Below, piece after piece: positions 9,517 through 18,974 of a stretch of 64,000 bases of DNA; position 1 is the first letter of the stretch; each line of letters opens with the position of its first letter. A model generated the notes under the pieces. It was given only the letters and a program-made list of their open reading frames with translations. It searched no databases and was not told where the DNA came from. The position numbers and the translations under genes were made by a program. Origin of the DNA: a virus; IMG/VR virus record IMGVR_UViG_3300025164_000635, positions 31,305 through 95,304 of that record, one strand, 5' to 3'.

Positions 9517-9713
9517 CTCCTCTTGTGAGACCACTTCCGGGCGTTGGATGCAAAATTCGCCTTCTTGCGAATGGCCGTACTCTTGGCCCTCTTCCCGGCA
9601 GCGATACAGGCGGACGTCACACCGCCGTACCCTTGCCGCTTGCACCAAGCCGTGAAGCTGCCCTCACGCGACTTCTTGATGTGGATACCGCTCCTGCGTT
9701 TTCGCTTAGCCAT
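9513..9713 (-). CDS. Small basic phage protein (IHIKKS..G.FT..C...V.S.CI..GK.....RK.A.FA.NARKW family)
   Basis: Start ATG 9713 after GAGGAGGA RBS; motif recalled from small proteins in phage structural regions. Confidence 0.65.
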   Translation of the reverse strand: MAKRKRRSGIHIKKSREGSFTAWCKRQGYGGVTSACIAAGKRAKSTAIRKKANFASNARKWSHKRR

Positions 9714-10038
9714 CGTCCTCCTCCTCATCCCACTCACCAGGTGGTCTGCCTCTAAAAAGAACCGGTTGGAACTCCAGGTCGTCCCGGGCATGGAAATCGG
9801 CCTGGACGTCTAGATCGACGACATGCACGGTCAGTCGGGCGACCACGGGGCCGGTCACCGGGATGAAGACGGAGGCATCGACCACGGCCAGCTCAATCTC
9901 GGCTTGCCCTGATTCTCCCAAGACGTAGATGTGGGTCTCGTGCCCTGTACCTTGAGACATAATGCGTAGTCGCCCAATACGCTCGGCCTTTTTCTGTACT
10001 TCTTCCCGGCTTTCCAGTCCCACGGACTGTGTGCTCAT
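9706..10038 (-). CDS. Hypothetical protein
   Basis: 110 aa ORF in operon. Confidence 0.55.
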   Translation of the reverse strand: MSTQSVGLESREEVQKKAERIGRLRIMSQGTGHETHIYVLGESGQAEIELAVVDASVFIPVTGPVVARLTVHVVDLDVQADFHARDDLEFQPVLFRGRPPGEWDEEEDDG

Positions 10039-10040
10039 GA

Positions 10041-10205
10041 TCAGGTCGATCCTTTCATTCGCATACGGCCCATGCTCTTTGGCATCTTCATATGTCTTCC
10101 TCTGGTCATCATTGAGTTGCTACTACTCTTCCGGCCACTATAGAAAGAGCCACGAGACCGGGAAGACGAGCGAGAACGATTCTTGGTGTATCGGTGTCCT
10201 GCCAT
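10041..10205 (-). CDS. Small Arg/Ser/Met-rich basic peptide (54 aa)
   Basis: MAGHRYTKNRSRSSSRSRGSFYSGRKSSSNSMMTRGRHMKMPKSMGRMRMKGST; GAGGTG RBS; fills the gap between flanking genes. Confidence 0.55.
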   Translation of the reverse strand: MAGHRYTKNRSRSSSRSRGSFYSGRKSSSNSMMTRGRHMKMPKSMGRMRMKGST

Positions 10206-10210
10206 AGGAA

Positions 10211-10543
10211 TCACCTCTTTCCTCTCACCTCGTACCAGGCGGATAAGGTGTTACCGTCCATGTTGAAAATCCAATAAATACGATAGTCCTTGTTGTGTGC
10301 CAGGCTCTTGACGAGAGGAGTCGTGAGTAATCGTCCTACGGCACTCCCACTCCCCTGCGTGCTGGCCGTCGTCACATCTTTGAATCCGCCACCCGTCACA
10401 TCGTAGACTTTTGCGACAAATGAGGTGGGGTCCTCAAGACCCCAGGAGGCTGGGATGGTGATGGCATAGGCCACCTTGGCCTCGACGCCATGTACCCGTT
10501 TGTCTTCGACAACCTTTCGATAGTCGATGATGGCGGTGGCCAT
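10211..10543 (-). CDS. Putative small structural / fibre-adaptor-like protein
   Basis: 110 aa all-beta, next to the repeat fibre gene. Confidence 0.45.
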   Translation of the reverse strand: MATAIIDYRKVVEDKRVHGVEAKVAYAITIPASWGLEDPTSFVAKVYDVTGGGFKDVTTASTQGSGSAVGRLLTTPLVKSLAHNKDYRIYWIFNMDGNTLSAWYEVRGKR

Positions 10544-10770
10544 TAGTGTTCCTCTCCTGGTCCGCCCGGCTCTTCTTCCAGAGTGAGCACGGGAACATTT
10601 TCCAGGGTCAGGCCAGGAAGACTAAGTAGAGTCAAAGAAAAGGTCAGACTGGCTAGGGTTAGTGTCGGCATGTCGTCCAGGGTCAAGAAAACTGTCTCGT
10701 TGAACTCACTGCCCGGTGGAAAATAGCCATTCGGAAAATAACTGGCTGGAAATAACAGATCGGGAAACAT
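10543..10770 (-). CDS. Hypothetical protein (FP..YFP..YFP N-terminus)
   Basis: 75 aa ORF coupled to neighbours. Confidence 0.55.
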   Translation of the reverse strand: MFPDLLFPASYFPNGYFPPGSEFNETVFLTLDDMPTLTLASLTFSLTLLSLPGLTLENVPVLTLEEEPGGPGEEH

Positions 10771-10773
10771 GGG

Positions 10774-12435
10774 TCACGTGAGATCATAGGTAATGGTCAG
10801 GCGATTCCCGTCCGCGTCCACGGTGGCCGAGATACGATTCTTGCTATCGGCCACCGCATTGCGGAAGATGGGACTGAGACCTGGTAGGCCGGAGAGCTTC
10901 CCGGCCAGGGCTGCGGCCATGATCGCCACAGCCTGTCGAAACGTCAGGCCCACCTCAATTGCATCTACCCGATCCAGCAGGGCGTCTGCGACCGCGTTCC
11001 TCTCTGCGACCGTCAGGGCAACTCCATCGGTTCCGGTATCGGCCAAGATAGATTGCGCGGTACTCTCCAGTGCTGCGGCCCCGGCCGATAGGTTATCGAG
11101 ATAGCCGGCTCGTAAGGCAGTCAGCCTTCCTTCCAGGTCGTCCACCTTTGATTCAATATCGGCCAGGTCTGCCGAAACAGAAGCACCGGTCGGCGTCCCT
11201 ACCTTAGTCTGGAGATCGTCTGTGTCGGCCAAAACGGATTGAGCGGTGCTTTCCAGAGCTGTAGCGCCCGCTGACAAGTTGTCCAGATAGCCGGCACGTA
11301 GTTCAGTGAGTCGGCCCTCCAGGTCATCTACCTTGCTCTCGATGTCAGCCAGGTCCGCCGAGAAGGATGTCCCAACTGGCGTCCCGAGCTTTGTCTGAAG
11401 ATCATCGGTGTCGGCCTGGATACTCACGGCGGTACTCTCCAGGGCGACTGCACCGCCCGACAGATTGTCCAGGTAGCCGGCCCGCAAGTCAGTTAATCGC
11501 CCTTCCAGGTCATCGACTTTCGACTCGATGTCGGCTAAGTCTGCCGAGAAGGAAATGCCCGTTGGCGTCCCTAGCTTGGTCTGAAGATCGTCCGTGTCGG
11601 CCAGAATTTCTGTGGCGGTACTTTGTAGCGCCACAGCACCACCTGACAGGTTATCCAAGTAAGCCGCGCGCACGGCGGTCAATCGTCCCTCCAGATCATC
11701 GGTCGCCGTCACGATAGACTGAGCCGTAGCTTCCAGTGCGACTGCCCCGGCTGATAGATTATCCAGGTAGCCAGCGCGCAGTGTGGTCAACCGTCCTTCC
11801 AGGTCATCTACTTTTGATTCGATGTCGGCTAAGTCTGCCGAGAAGGAACCTCCTGTGGGCGTTCCGATCTTGGCCTGGATGTCGTCCGTGTCGGCCAAGA
11901 TGGATTGAGCGGTGCTCTCCAGGGTCACTGCGCCCGCCGAGAGGTTATCCAGGTAGCCAGCGCGAGTGTCCGTAAGCCTCCCTTCCAGGTCATCGACTTT
12001 GCCCTCGACGTCTGCAATGTCGGCGGCCACAGAAACGCCCGTGGGCGTGCCAATCTTGGTCTGGAGATCGTCTGTGTCAGCTTGCACAGTAGCGAGTGCC
12101 GCGGCTGTGGAGAGAGCATCGATCTGATTGGTGCTCGTCTGAATGTTGACGCTTAGATCACACCATTCATTCCCAGCTACATCACTGAATGTGATATTTA
12201 TGTTGTCGGCGTTCATCTCTGAGGCCGACAACGTGACCTTGACCATCGTTCCGCTCGCGGGGGTAACGACTGGTAGTGTGGCTAGGTTGTTAAAGGGCCC
12301 TCCATCCAGGCTTACCTTGACATCGCCCGCCGCCAAGGTTGGATTCACCTGGAAGAGCTTCGTGTTAAATTGGCTAGTGAGACCAATGTAAAAGATGAAC
12401 TCTGTATTCTTCTTGGGCGGCAAATAGGAGGCCAT
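10774..12435 (-). CDS. Fibre-like virion protein with 62-aa tandem repeats
   Basis: Five full plus one partial copy of DTDDLQTKxGTPTG...DDLEGRLTxxRAGYLDNLSAGA...; 186-nt DNA period. Confidence 0.65.
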   Translation of the reverse strand: MASYLPPKKNTEFIFYIGLTSQFNTKLFQVNPTLAAGDVKVSLDGGPFNNLATLPVVTPASGTMVKVTLSASEMNADNINITFSDVAGNEWCDLSVNIQTSTNQIDALSTAAALATVQADTDDLQTKIGTPTGVSVAADIADVEGKVDDLEGRLTDTRAGYLDNLSAGAVTLESTAQSILADTDDIQAKIGTPTGGSFSADLADIESKVDDLEGRLTTLRAGYLDNLSAGAVALEATAQSIVTATDDLEGRLTAVRAAYLDNLSGGAVALQSTATEILADTDDLQTKLGTPTGISFSADLADIESKVDDLEGRLTDLRAGYLDNLSGGAVALESTAVSIQADTDDLQTKLGTPVGTSFSADLADIESKVDDLEGRLTELRAGYLDNLSAGATALESTAQSVLADTDDLQTKVGTPTGASVSADLADIESKVDDLEGRLTALRAGYLDNLSAGAAALESTAQSILADTGTDGVALTVAERNAVADALLDRVDAIEVGLTFRQAVAIMAAALAGKLSGLPGLSPIFRNAVADSKNRISATVDADGNRLTITYDLT

Positions 12436-12438
12436 CGA

Positions 12439-12768
12439 TCATCCTGGTTGATAGATCGTAATGGAGTCGTTCACATTCATGAGGTCAGCCCCGCCTGGGC
12501 CAACCTTTTTCTTGCCGCCTCCTCCACTGCCTCCCTTGTCCTTCGTCTTCTTGCCCTGCCCCATCGGGCCTAATTCAAGCATGACCATTAGAGTTGACAG
12601 TTGTCGTTTTCGGGGCTCTTGAATCTCGACATTGACACCGGTCTGGGTAGTACGCCGACTGGCGGGCTCTTGAATCTCGACATTGACACCGGTCTGGGTA
12701 GTACGCCGACTGGCGGGCTCTTGAACCTCAACATCGACATCAACTTGGGTAATACGTCTCGTGCTCAT
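12439..12768 (-). CDS. Small protein with 17-aa tandem repeats
   Basis: RRTTQTGVNVEIQEPAS x3; two near-identical 51-nt DNA units around 12612-12725. Confidence 0.55.
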   Translation of the reverse strand: MSTRRITQVDVDVEVQEPASRRTTQTGVNVEIQEPASRRTTQTGVNVEIQEPRKRQLSTLMVMLELGPMGQGKKTKDKGGSGGGGKKKVGPGGADLMNVNDSITIYQPG

Positions 12769-12771
12769 AGA

Positions 12772-13131
12772 TTAGGGCCATTGGCGCACGATCATATTGA
12801 CGAGCCGAGCTTCTTCTTGTTCAACAGGCGTAGCCGCCGTGCCACTCCTGACCTGGAGAAACTTGACGCCTGCAAATCGTAACGGATTGGCGAGGGTGAT
12901 GTAGCGATCCTCTGCGGCCTGTACCGTAACCTCATTGTCATCGTCTCCGTAGAGATCCCGAACGACATCCGGGACGGAGCCCGCCAGGAAGGTAAAATCG
13001 GCGGCCGTCCACTCTGCCGGCATCTCAATCCCGACAAGCAGCAGACCATTCAGAGAGACTGCCTCGGACAGTGTGCCTGCCGCGGCGAAATGAACAGGAA
13101 GTACGAACAGTCTTGACATGCTTTGGCTCAT
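12772..13131 (-). CDS. Putative structural protein
   Basis: 119 aa; MPAEWTAADFTF...VRSG pattern of small beta-sandwich phage proteins. Confidence 0.55.
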   Translation of the reverse strand: MSQSMSRLFVLPVHFAAAGTLSEAVSLNGLLLVGIEMPAEWTAADFTFLAGSVPDVVRDLYGDDDNEVTVQAAEDRYITLANPLRFAGVKFLQVRSGTAATPVEQEEARLVNMIVRQWP

Positions 13132-13460
13132 TCGAGTACCCCCAGAAGTACAATCTTGAGTGTGGCTCCCAGGGGAGCCACCACGGAAACGCCGGTCAAG
13201 GTAGCGCCTCCTAGGTAAGCGACCGTGCAGTCATACCCTGAGACAGCCCCGTTCAGCCGGAGCTCAATCACTTCGTCACTCGACAGGAAAAGAGAGGTGA
13301 CGCTTGACAGAGGGGCCGGGAAGAGATCGACTGCGCTGGCCGAGGCTGGCAGCTCCATCTCGTATTGCATCATCTCAGCATCCCCGGTCAGGAGGTTCTC
13401 AAACAGGGGTGAAATGCGATCACCGTTTGTGTCCAGCACCGATAGGAAGACCTGCTTCAT
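13128..13460 (-). CDS. Hypothetical (putative structural) protein
   Basis: 110 aa, ATGA-coupled to portal. Confidence 0.55.
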   Translation of the reverse strand: MKQVFLSVLDTNGDRISPLFENLLTGDAEMMQYEMELPASASAVDLFPAPLSSVTSLFLSSDEVIELRLNGAVSGYDCTVAYLGGATLTGVSVVAPLGATLKIVLLGVLE

Positions 13461-15073
13461 TTGGGTACTCCTGCAGGAACAGGTACGGGCGCGTTCTGCC
13501 CATTCCCGGACGGCTGGCCACCCCCGAAGGGAGCCGGCTTCGATTCCGCGATCGCCGTAGCCCGTTTGATCTCAAGCTCGTTCTCAAATTCCATGTCGGC
13601 CCGGATGCGGTCCTGCTCTGCTTCGGGATCGTGGACGCCAATCTCGGTCAGGTAGCTCAGGAGACTGATACCGCCCTTCGTGAGGCGGTTATTGAGCATG
13701 TCGGCTCGTTCGCTTACTTCCAGGGGGATTTGAGGATTCCAGATCAATAGTTGATTGAGGCGAAGATGGTCTTCCGAGAGGTTGACTGGCAAAGTAACGC
13801 CGGCCTGGGTCAATGCATTTCCATAGCCCATCAGGCCGGCCAAGATGATGCGATTTAAGTGCCGCATGGCGGTCGAGAAGTCGATGCGCTCAGCTTGTGT
13901 GTGCGCCATCGTCGGCCACATCCGGTAAGCCGTCACCGGGCCCGTGATCCGGCCGCCCGACACATCATCGTCACCCAGAGCGACGGCTGCAATGTCGGCC
14001 TGCCGGCGGATCTCGTTCCAAAGCTCAGCATCGTAATTGGCAAGACTGGCTGGCACTTCGGGATAGCGCAGGAAGTCGGCCTTGGGATCGCCTGAGTTGG
14101 GAGCTGCTCTCTTCACGCCCAAATTGAGAGCAGTCGATACTTCCCGGCCATGCTCATCGAGAACGGGCTGCATCTTCAGACCCTTCTCAACATTGGCAAC
14201 AGTCATGATCGGATGGGTGACTTCCCGGACGGCATCCCCTTTGTCAGCCGATCTGAAATTCTTCTCTCGCGTCAATCCTACCAGGTCGGGAATGTGACTA
14301 TTGCCCCAGAATCCATCGTCTCGAATGTGGGGGATATAGACGATGGGCACTCTCTTGAATGGGTGTGGCCCTTCCAGGATACCGTATCCTTCAACTTGGG
14401 CCACTTTGCCGTTCACCCGAATGACATAGCTGTCCGGCGTCCAGTGCTCCATGTAGAGGGCATCTTCATTCTCATCAACCTTGACCCCGTAGCGTGCGGC
14501 ATCCACAGATGAGATCAGATAGCCAATGTAGCACTCCCGCAGGTTCCACCATTGGCCCTTGTCGTAAACGGGTAGCAGCGTTCCTGGTGTGACCGGGAAG
14601 ATACGCAGGCGGGTCGCTAACTCAGTATCTTGGGGTTGCCACAGGACTTGCAGGCCATACCCGCCGAACACCTGGGTCATCAAGCCCACCCTCTGAATGA
14701 GCGCAGTCGCTTCTGAGTCATCCCAAGTGGAGCGTAAGAGGTCCTGAATAGAGGTCGCCTCAGCTCGTGAGGTGCTACTATCACCGCCCGGTTTCACGAC
14801 GATCTGGACAGGGTTTGAGAGGACATTGTGAGGCTGAATCCCGATCAGTACGTCACGGTGGACGCGACACACTTTCCCGATCGGGTTCAGGGCAAGGGGA
14901 TAGAGCTTGGGGCGATCTCCGGTCGCCGGATCGGAGATACTAGACTCAGGATCACGAATGGAGTCCCCGCGAAACCACGACAGATAATCCGCGTAGGCGG
15001 TTCGCCGGGCAGCCCACTCGTCTGAATTGTAGAGTTCTTCGTCTGGATTCTTGACCAGGCCAAAGCGTGCCAA
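13457..15073 (-). CDS. Portal protein (SPP1 gp6-like)
   Basis: 538 aa downstream of terminase; HPFKRVPIVYIPH...WGNSHI..L; C-terminal IS...L..IG..DPEAE..RI..D. Confidence 0.8.
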   Translation of the reverse strand: MARFGLVKNPDEELYNSDEWAARRTAYADYLSWFRGDSIRDPESSISDPATGDRPKLYPLALNPIGKVCRVHRDVLIGIQPHNVLSNPVQIVVKPGGDSSTSRAEATSIQDLLRSTWDDSEATALIQRVGLMTQVFGGYGLQVLWQPQDTELATRLRIFPVTPGTLLPVYDKGQWWNLRECYIGYLISSVDAARYGVKVDENEDALYMEHWTPDSYVIRVNGKVAQVEGYGILEGPHPFKRVPIVYIPHIRDDGFWGNSHIPDLVGLTREKNFRSADKGDAVREVTHPIMTVANVEKGLKMQPVLDEHGREVSTALNLGVKRAAPNSGDPKADFLRYPEVPASLANYDAELWNEIRRQADIAAVALGDDDVSGGRITGPVTAYRMWPTMAHTQAERIDFSTAMRHLNRIILAGLMGYGNALTQAGVTLPVNLSEDHLRLNQLLIWNPQIPLEVSERADMLNNRLTKGGISLLSYLTEIGVHDPEAEQDRIRADMEFENELEIKRATAIAESKPAPFGGGQPSGNGQNAPVPVPAGVPK

Positions 15074-15134
15074 AAGCCGAACCTCAGTAGCGCCTTCCTG
15101 CGCTCTGATTTCTCGGCTTCTCTAAAGCCCTGGC

Positions 15135-15341
15135 CTAACTTGTGGTCGTGGTGGGGGAAGGAATCGGGTAACGATCGACTTGAACCGAATTGCACTCAGG
15201 ACAGTTCAACTCAATCATCACTATGCCTTGTTCCATGTCGAAGGTCAGGTTGTAGAGGAATCTTGGTTTCTTTCCTCGGTCGGTCAGCCTGTTCACACAT
15301 GGTCTGCTTTTACACTCTGCCCGATAGGAGCCGTTCGGCAT
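15135..15341 (-). CDS. Small Cys-motif protein
   Basis: CKSRPC...CPEC; start uncertain. Confidence 0.4.
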   Translation of the reverse strand: MPNGSYRAECKSRPCVNRLTDRGKKPRFLYNLTFDMEQGIVMIELNCPECNSVQVDRYPIPSPTTTTS

Positions 15342-15371
15342 CCATCGCCCTCAACCCAATTGTGGAACATC

Positions 15372-15599
15372 TTACAAGAATCTCTGTCGTTTGTCAATAT
15401 GGCGTCTCGTGACCACGCGCCTGAACCTTCCGCTTGCTCTAACCGACCGCAGACCGCCTCGGCTTCTCGGCTCGACCTGAATCTGAGGATTTGCAGTGTC
15501 TTCGATGAGCTGGGCCTGCCAGCGTATAACAATCTGCAACATTCGGCGTAACATTGACTGAACCTTGTCCAGTGACCAAAGTCCCATACGTTTGATCAT
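15372..15599 (-). CDS. Hypothetical protein
   Basis: 75 aa, ATGA-coupled to terminase stop. Confidence 0.45.
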   Translation of the reverse strand: MIKRMGLWSLDKVQSMLRRMLQIVIRWQAQLIEDTANPQIQVEPRSRGGLRSVRASGRFRRVVTRRHIDKRQRFL

Positions 15600-17455
15600 C
15601 GCCGATCCCTCCGGGTCTGTGTTCGTGCTCCTCGATAGGAGCTTCTCGGCAGCCTCACCATCTCTTCGTCATCACTGGCCGGCATGGGTTTCAGATCTTC
15701 GTTGATCCTGAACTTATCGACCACCCTACTCCAAAGAGTCCCTTCGTACCTGACCGCCAAGCAGTATACAAACAAAGAGGCAATCACGTCATCGGACAAC
15801 TTATCGTGCCCCGGCCCCTTTTCCCGGTAAACGCCGCCTTGATACCAAAGAGCGGTCAGCTTCGGCCAGGCAAAATGACTATCTTGCGCCAAGAGCGTAA
15901 ATAGAGACCGAGCCCAGGCTTTGTTGTTACCGGCAAACGTGACCGGCACAGTCTGATAGCTAGCGAAAACACCACTGTCCTCGAACCCGGTCAGTCCCAG
16001 ATTGGTCGCGTCGTAATAGCCCATGGCTGCGTAATCATCCATGCACTGCTTGAACGCGCTCAGCCACGGATCGTAAGTCCCATCCCCATCCAGCATCCCA
16101 AAATAGACTAACGGGATTGGTTTCACCATGAAGGTCGTCAAATCAAGCGCCAATACGGTCGGCACATTCTGGTCACTCAGCTGGGCCGGATACGACTTTC
16201 CCGGATCGCCCACCACAATGTAGCTATGTCGCGCAATTGGCGGCACTCGATACCGGATGACGCCCATTTCCCCTCGACTCTCAGACGGGATCCGCTCGGC
16301 CAGTAAGTCCTTATCCATCTCTTCATCGTGGCACCGATTGAAAAGCACTTCTGGCAATAGCCGATTCAGGCTCGAGGAGTTCGTATCCCCACCCAACCAA
16401 CGCCTCTGCTCGGCCTCAGATAGCAAGGCCCCATGAAATGCCTTCTGCCGATCGGTGATGTAGACGTTCGCGTCTCGGTGAATCCCCTCCACGTAGCGTG
16501 CCTTCACCAAAGGATCGTTCTTCTCGGCCAGCGTCCTGATGCGTCCTTTGAGCACTTCCAACTCAGGATTCAACATCCCGTCTTCGGGTGGGTTCGTCAG
16601 CATGGTCAGTTTCGACCACATATCCTCACCATTCGCCCGTTGTCCGCGCGAACGGGTCATGAGTGTTCCCAAAGCGGCCACAATACCCATGAGGTACTGC
16701 ACCTCGTCCACATTCAGCCAATCCACATTCTTCCCGGTAATGTTCTGCGCTGTGCCATCTCGCCCAATCGTTTGACACACAAACCGGCTCTCATATTGCG
16801 GCCCAAAGGGACTCCGAATCACCACGGTCGGGTGTGGCTTTGAGACAAACAACTCGCCCCCACGAGTCATCTCTACAAATTTCGTGAAGGGCGTATCGGT
16901 GCACCACTTTGTCAACTCTTCCACCATCAATACGGCCTGATTCTCGGTGGGCGCCACGTTCAGGAACCGGAAGCCCGGATACAACGCACAGCACCCCAGG
17001 CCCGCCACGGCTACCGCACTCGTCTTGCTCGTCCCGGTCCCCGTGATGGCCAGCACGACCGCCACACTCGGATCGATCAACCCATTCTGTATCACCCACG
17101 GCAAAAAGAGATACCCATGCGGATACAAGAAGTCTGGCTCAGCCAGCTCTGTCCAGCGCGTCTCAATACGCATGAGGCCAAACCCCTCGACCTCCAGTTT
17201 CATCTCCTGCTCCGGCCGGCCCGCCTGCACCCACATCTCGTGCAACTGACCGTACTCAAAAAGAGACCGGTAATGGCCAGTCTCACCCCCTTCCGCCCGC
17301 CAGCGAGTCCCCCCGCCTGGCAAGCGCATGTAGTAGTTCGTCAGCACATTCAGGTCACCGTCGCGTGCCTCCTTCAATACCCGCATGTCTGACGGCTCCG
17401 CCAGCGACTCAAATCGCTTCATCCACCTCGATAACGCCCTCTCGTCCGCCCTCAT
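15596..17455 (-). CDS. terL: Terminase large subunit
   Basis: Walker A-like GTGTSKT, APTENQA, Walker B WLNVDEVQ, LTNP, nuclease VGDPG and DDVIASL. Start moved to ATGA overlap at 17455. Confidence 0.85.
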   Translation of the reverse strand: MRADERALSRWMKRFESLAEPSDMRVLKEARDGDLNVLTNYYMRLPGGGTRWRAEGGETGHYRSLFEYGQLHEMWVQAGRPEQEMKLEVEGFGLMRIETRWTELAEPDFLYPHGYLFLPWVIQNGLIDPSVAVVLAITGTGTSKTSAVAVAGLGCCALYPGFRFLNVAPTENQAVLMVEELTKWCTDTPFTKFVEMTRGGELFVSKPHPTVVIRSPFGPQYESRFVCQTIGRDGTAQNITGKNVDWLNVDEVQYLMGIVAALGTLMTRSRGQRANGEDMWSKLTMLTNPPEDGMLNPELEVLKGRIRTLAEKNDPLVKARYVEGIHRDANVYITDRQKAFHGALLSEAEQRRWLGGDTNSSSLNRLLPEVLFNRCHDEEMDKDLLAERIPSESRGEMGVIRYRVPPIARHSYIVVGDPGKSYPAQLSDQNVPTVLALDLTTFMVKPIPLVYFGMLDGDGTYDPWLSAFKQCMDDYAAMGYYDATNLGLTGFEDSGVFASYQTVPVTFAGNNKAWARSLFTLLAQDSHFAWPKLTALWYQGGVYREKGPGHDKLSDDVIASLFVYCLAVRYEGTLWSRVVDKFRINEDLKPMPASDDEEMVRLPRSSYRGARTQTRRDRR

Positions 17456-17640
17456 CCATCCCCCTTCCCTACAGGTGGAGTCTTGCCCCACCATTCCGTG
17501 CGTCTGGAGACCGCCTCATCAAAGGCGTCCAGACAGCTAATTAGAAACTGCGCCAGGATGAAGTCCGGCGTGTCCGACCGATTCTCCATGCTGTTCTCGT
17601 TCAGCAACACCGTCAGCTTGTCCCGAAATCCGTCACTCAT
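17452..17640 (-). CDS. Conserved small phage protein (N..S.EN.SDTPDFILA..L..CL)
   Basis: 62 aa, GAGGT RBS. Confidence 0.6.
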   Translation of the reverse strand: MSDGFRDKLTVLLNENSMENRSDTPDFILAQFLISCLDAFDEAVSRRTEWWGKTPPVGKGDG

Positions 17641-17906
17641 ACCTCGAGAGCCTCCGTTATACTCTCAACCTGCCTTACCAACTCCTCCAGGCGCGTGACC
17701 CGTTCCTGAAACTGGTTTGCCAACGCCACATACACCCCATTCGACTGCTCCCTGAGCGTCGGCGCCTCCATCATCGGCCGCATGACGCCCGACAGCCGCC
17801 CCTCCAGTCTCCCCAGACCCTTCTGGAGTTGCTCCAGGCTCACATCCAGCTTAACCAGTACCTCCTGCATGTGTGTCTGTTTAGCCATCTGGTCATGCTG
17901 CTGCAT
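17637..17906 (-). CDS. Small coiled-coil protein
   Basis: 89 aa, AGGAGG RBS. Confidence 0.55.
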   Translation of the reverse strand: MQQHDQMAKQTHMQEVLVKLDVSLEQLQKGLGRLEGRLSGVMRPMMEAPTLREQSNGVYVALANQFQERVTRLEELVRQVESITEALEV

Positions 17907-18162
17907 CTTGCCCCTCCTTGAGATATTCTCGACTTGCCTGAATGTACGCAGGCGGCTGTGTCCAGCCCGACAACAGTGCTAACCACACCCGCCCAAATAC
18001 TAGAGCCGATAGCCTTTCTCGCAAACTCAGCCGCCAGCAGGATACGCACTGCTCCCCATCTGACCATACTGCCAGCGGCACCACTCCCCCTACCCTCTCC
18101 GAGTAACTGTGACTGCTTGGAAACAAGACCTTGTTCGCTAACCCAAAAGCCACTGGCCTCAT
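17893..18162 (-). CDS. Conserved hypothetical phage protein (DGEQCVSCW...RERL...GRVWL...TQPP)
   Basis: Start reassigned to ATG 18162 (ATGA overlap). Confidence 0.6.
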   Translation of the reverse strand: MRPVAFGLANKVLFPSSHSYSERVGGVVPLAVWSDGEQCVSCWRLSLRERLSALVFGRVWLALLSGWTQPPAYIQASREYLKEGQDAAA

Positions 18163-18338
18163 CCCCCACCCCACCCCACCTGCTCCATCAGGGCTACCAA
18201 CGCTTCCGTCACCCGTATCCACTCGTCCCACTGCGCCACCAGACGCCTTGGCGCGTTCGCTCTCATCATCGACGCCCTCTCTATCAGCGCCCTCAACTCC
18301 CCCACCCCCAACGGCCTCAAACTCTCTTCGGTCACCAT
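18159..18338 (-). CDS. Hypothetical protein (59 aa), first gene of the left arm
   Basis: MVTEESLRPLGVGELRALIERA...; GAGGAGGTG RBS; not in ORF track. Confidence 0.5.
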   Translation of the reverse strand: MVTEESLRPLGVGELRALIERASMMRANAPRRLVAQWDEWIRVTEALVALMEQVGWGGG

Positions 18339-18507
18339 CCCTCACACCTCCTCTTACAGAGTCCCCCTATTCTACCACTCCCCACCCTTCTCGGCCTCAC
18401 CCACGCATACAACTTGGCCGCCGGAAAAGGGAGAAATATATAAGAACAGATGGCCTTTTAGTGAAGTATAGGGCTTTCTGTCCACATCCAGGAAAGGAGA
18501 AAGTGTC

Positions 18508-18615
18508 ATGTCACAGGTTGGTTCGTTCATTCTGTTGGTCGTGGCCGCCGTGTTCATTCTGGCTGGTGGTGGCGCAGGCGTCATCATCGGGCAACTGTTC
18601 ACGATGGGCTTCTAA
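18508..18615 (+). CDS. Small membrane peptide (35 aa)
   Basis: AAAGGAG RBS; MSQVGSFILLVVAAVFILAGGGAGVIIGQLFTMGF. Confidence 0.6.
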   Translation: MSQVGSFILLVVAAVFILAGGGAGVIIGQLFTMGF

Positions 18616-18715
18616 CTGAATAGCAGAGGCAGAGGGGCAACCGAAAGGTTGTGTCCCTCGCCCTCTGGGATTCAGCCGAAAGGCTATACCAAGAATCCTG
18701 GAAAGGAGAACAGCC

Positions 18716-18961
18716 ATGTTGCAGATCAACCATGTCGAGATCAGGACAATCGAGGCCGCGAAACTGATGGACTTCGTGGGCAAGGCGCAACCGTCTGCTT
18801 GGGGTATCGGTCGGTATGCCCTGCAGGCAGGGCAGCCCACCATCCAGGTTGAGCAGCGGGTGTGCCATGCCGCCGCTCTTGAACTGCGCCAGTTGGCCGC
18901 AGAGAAGGACATCGCCAACCCGGCGCTGTTCGCTATTGCGGCCTATCTCGGCAATCTGTAA
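18716..18961 (+). CDS. Hypothetical early protein
   Basis: AAAGGAGAACAGCC-ATG leader, identical to that of the RNAP gene. Confidence 0.65.
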   Translation: MLQINHVEIRTIEAAKLMDFVGKAQPSAWGIGRYALQAGQPTIQVEQRVCHAAALELRQLAAEKDIANPALFAIAAYLGNL

Positions 18962-18974
18962 AACAACTGAATAT

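Noticed and set aside
17934-18619. Pro/Ser-rich plus-strand ORFs
   Set aside because: Products of C-rich skew opposite real minus-strand genes; no RBS
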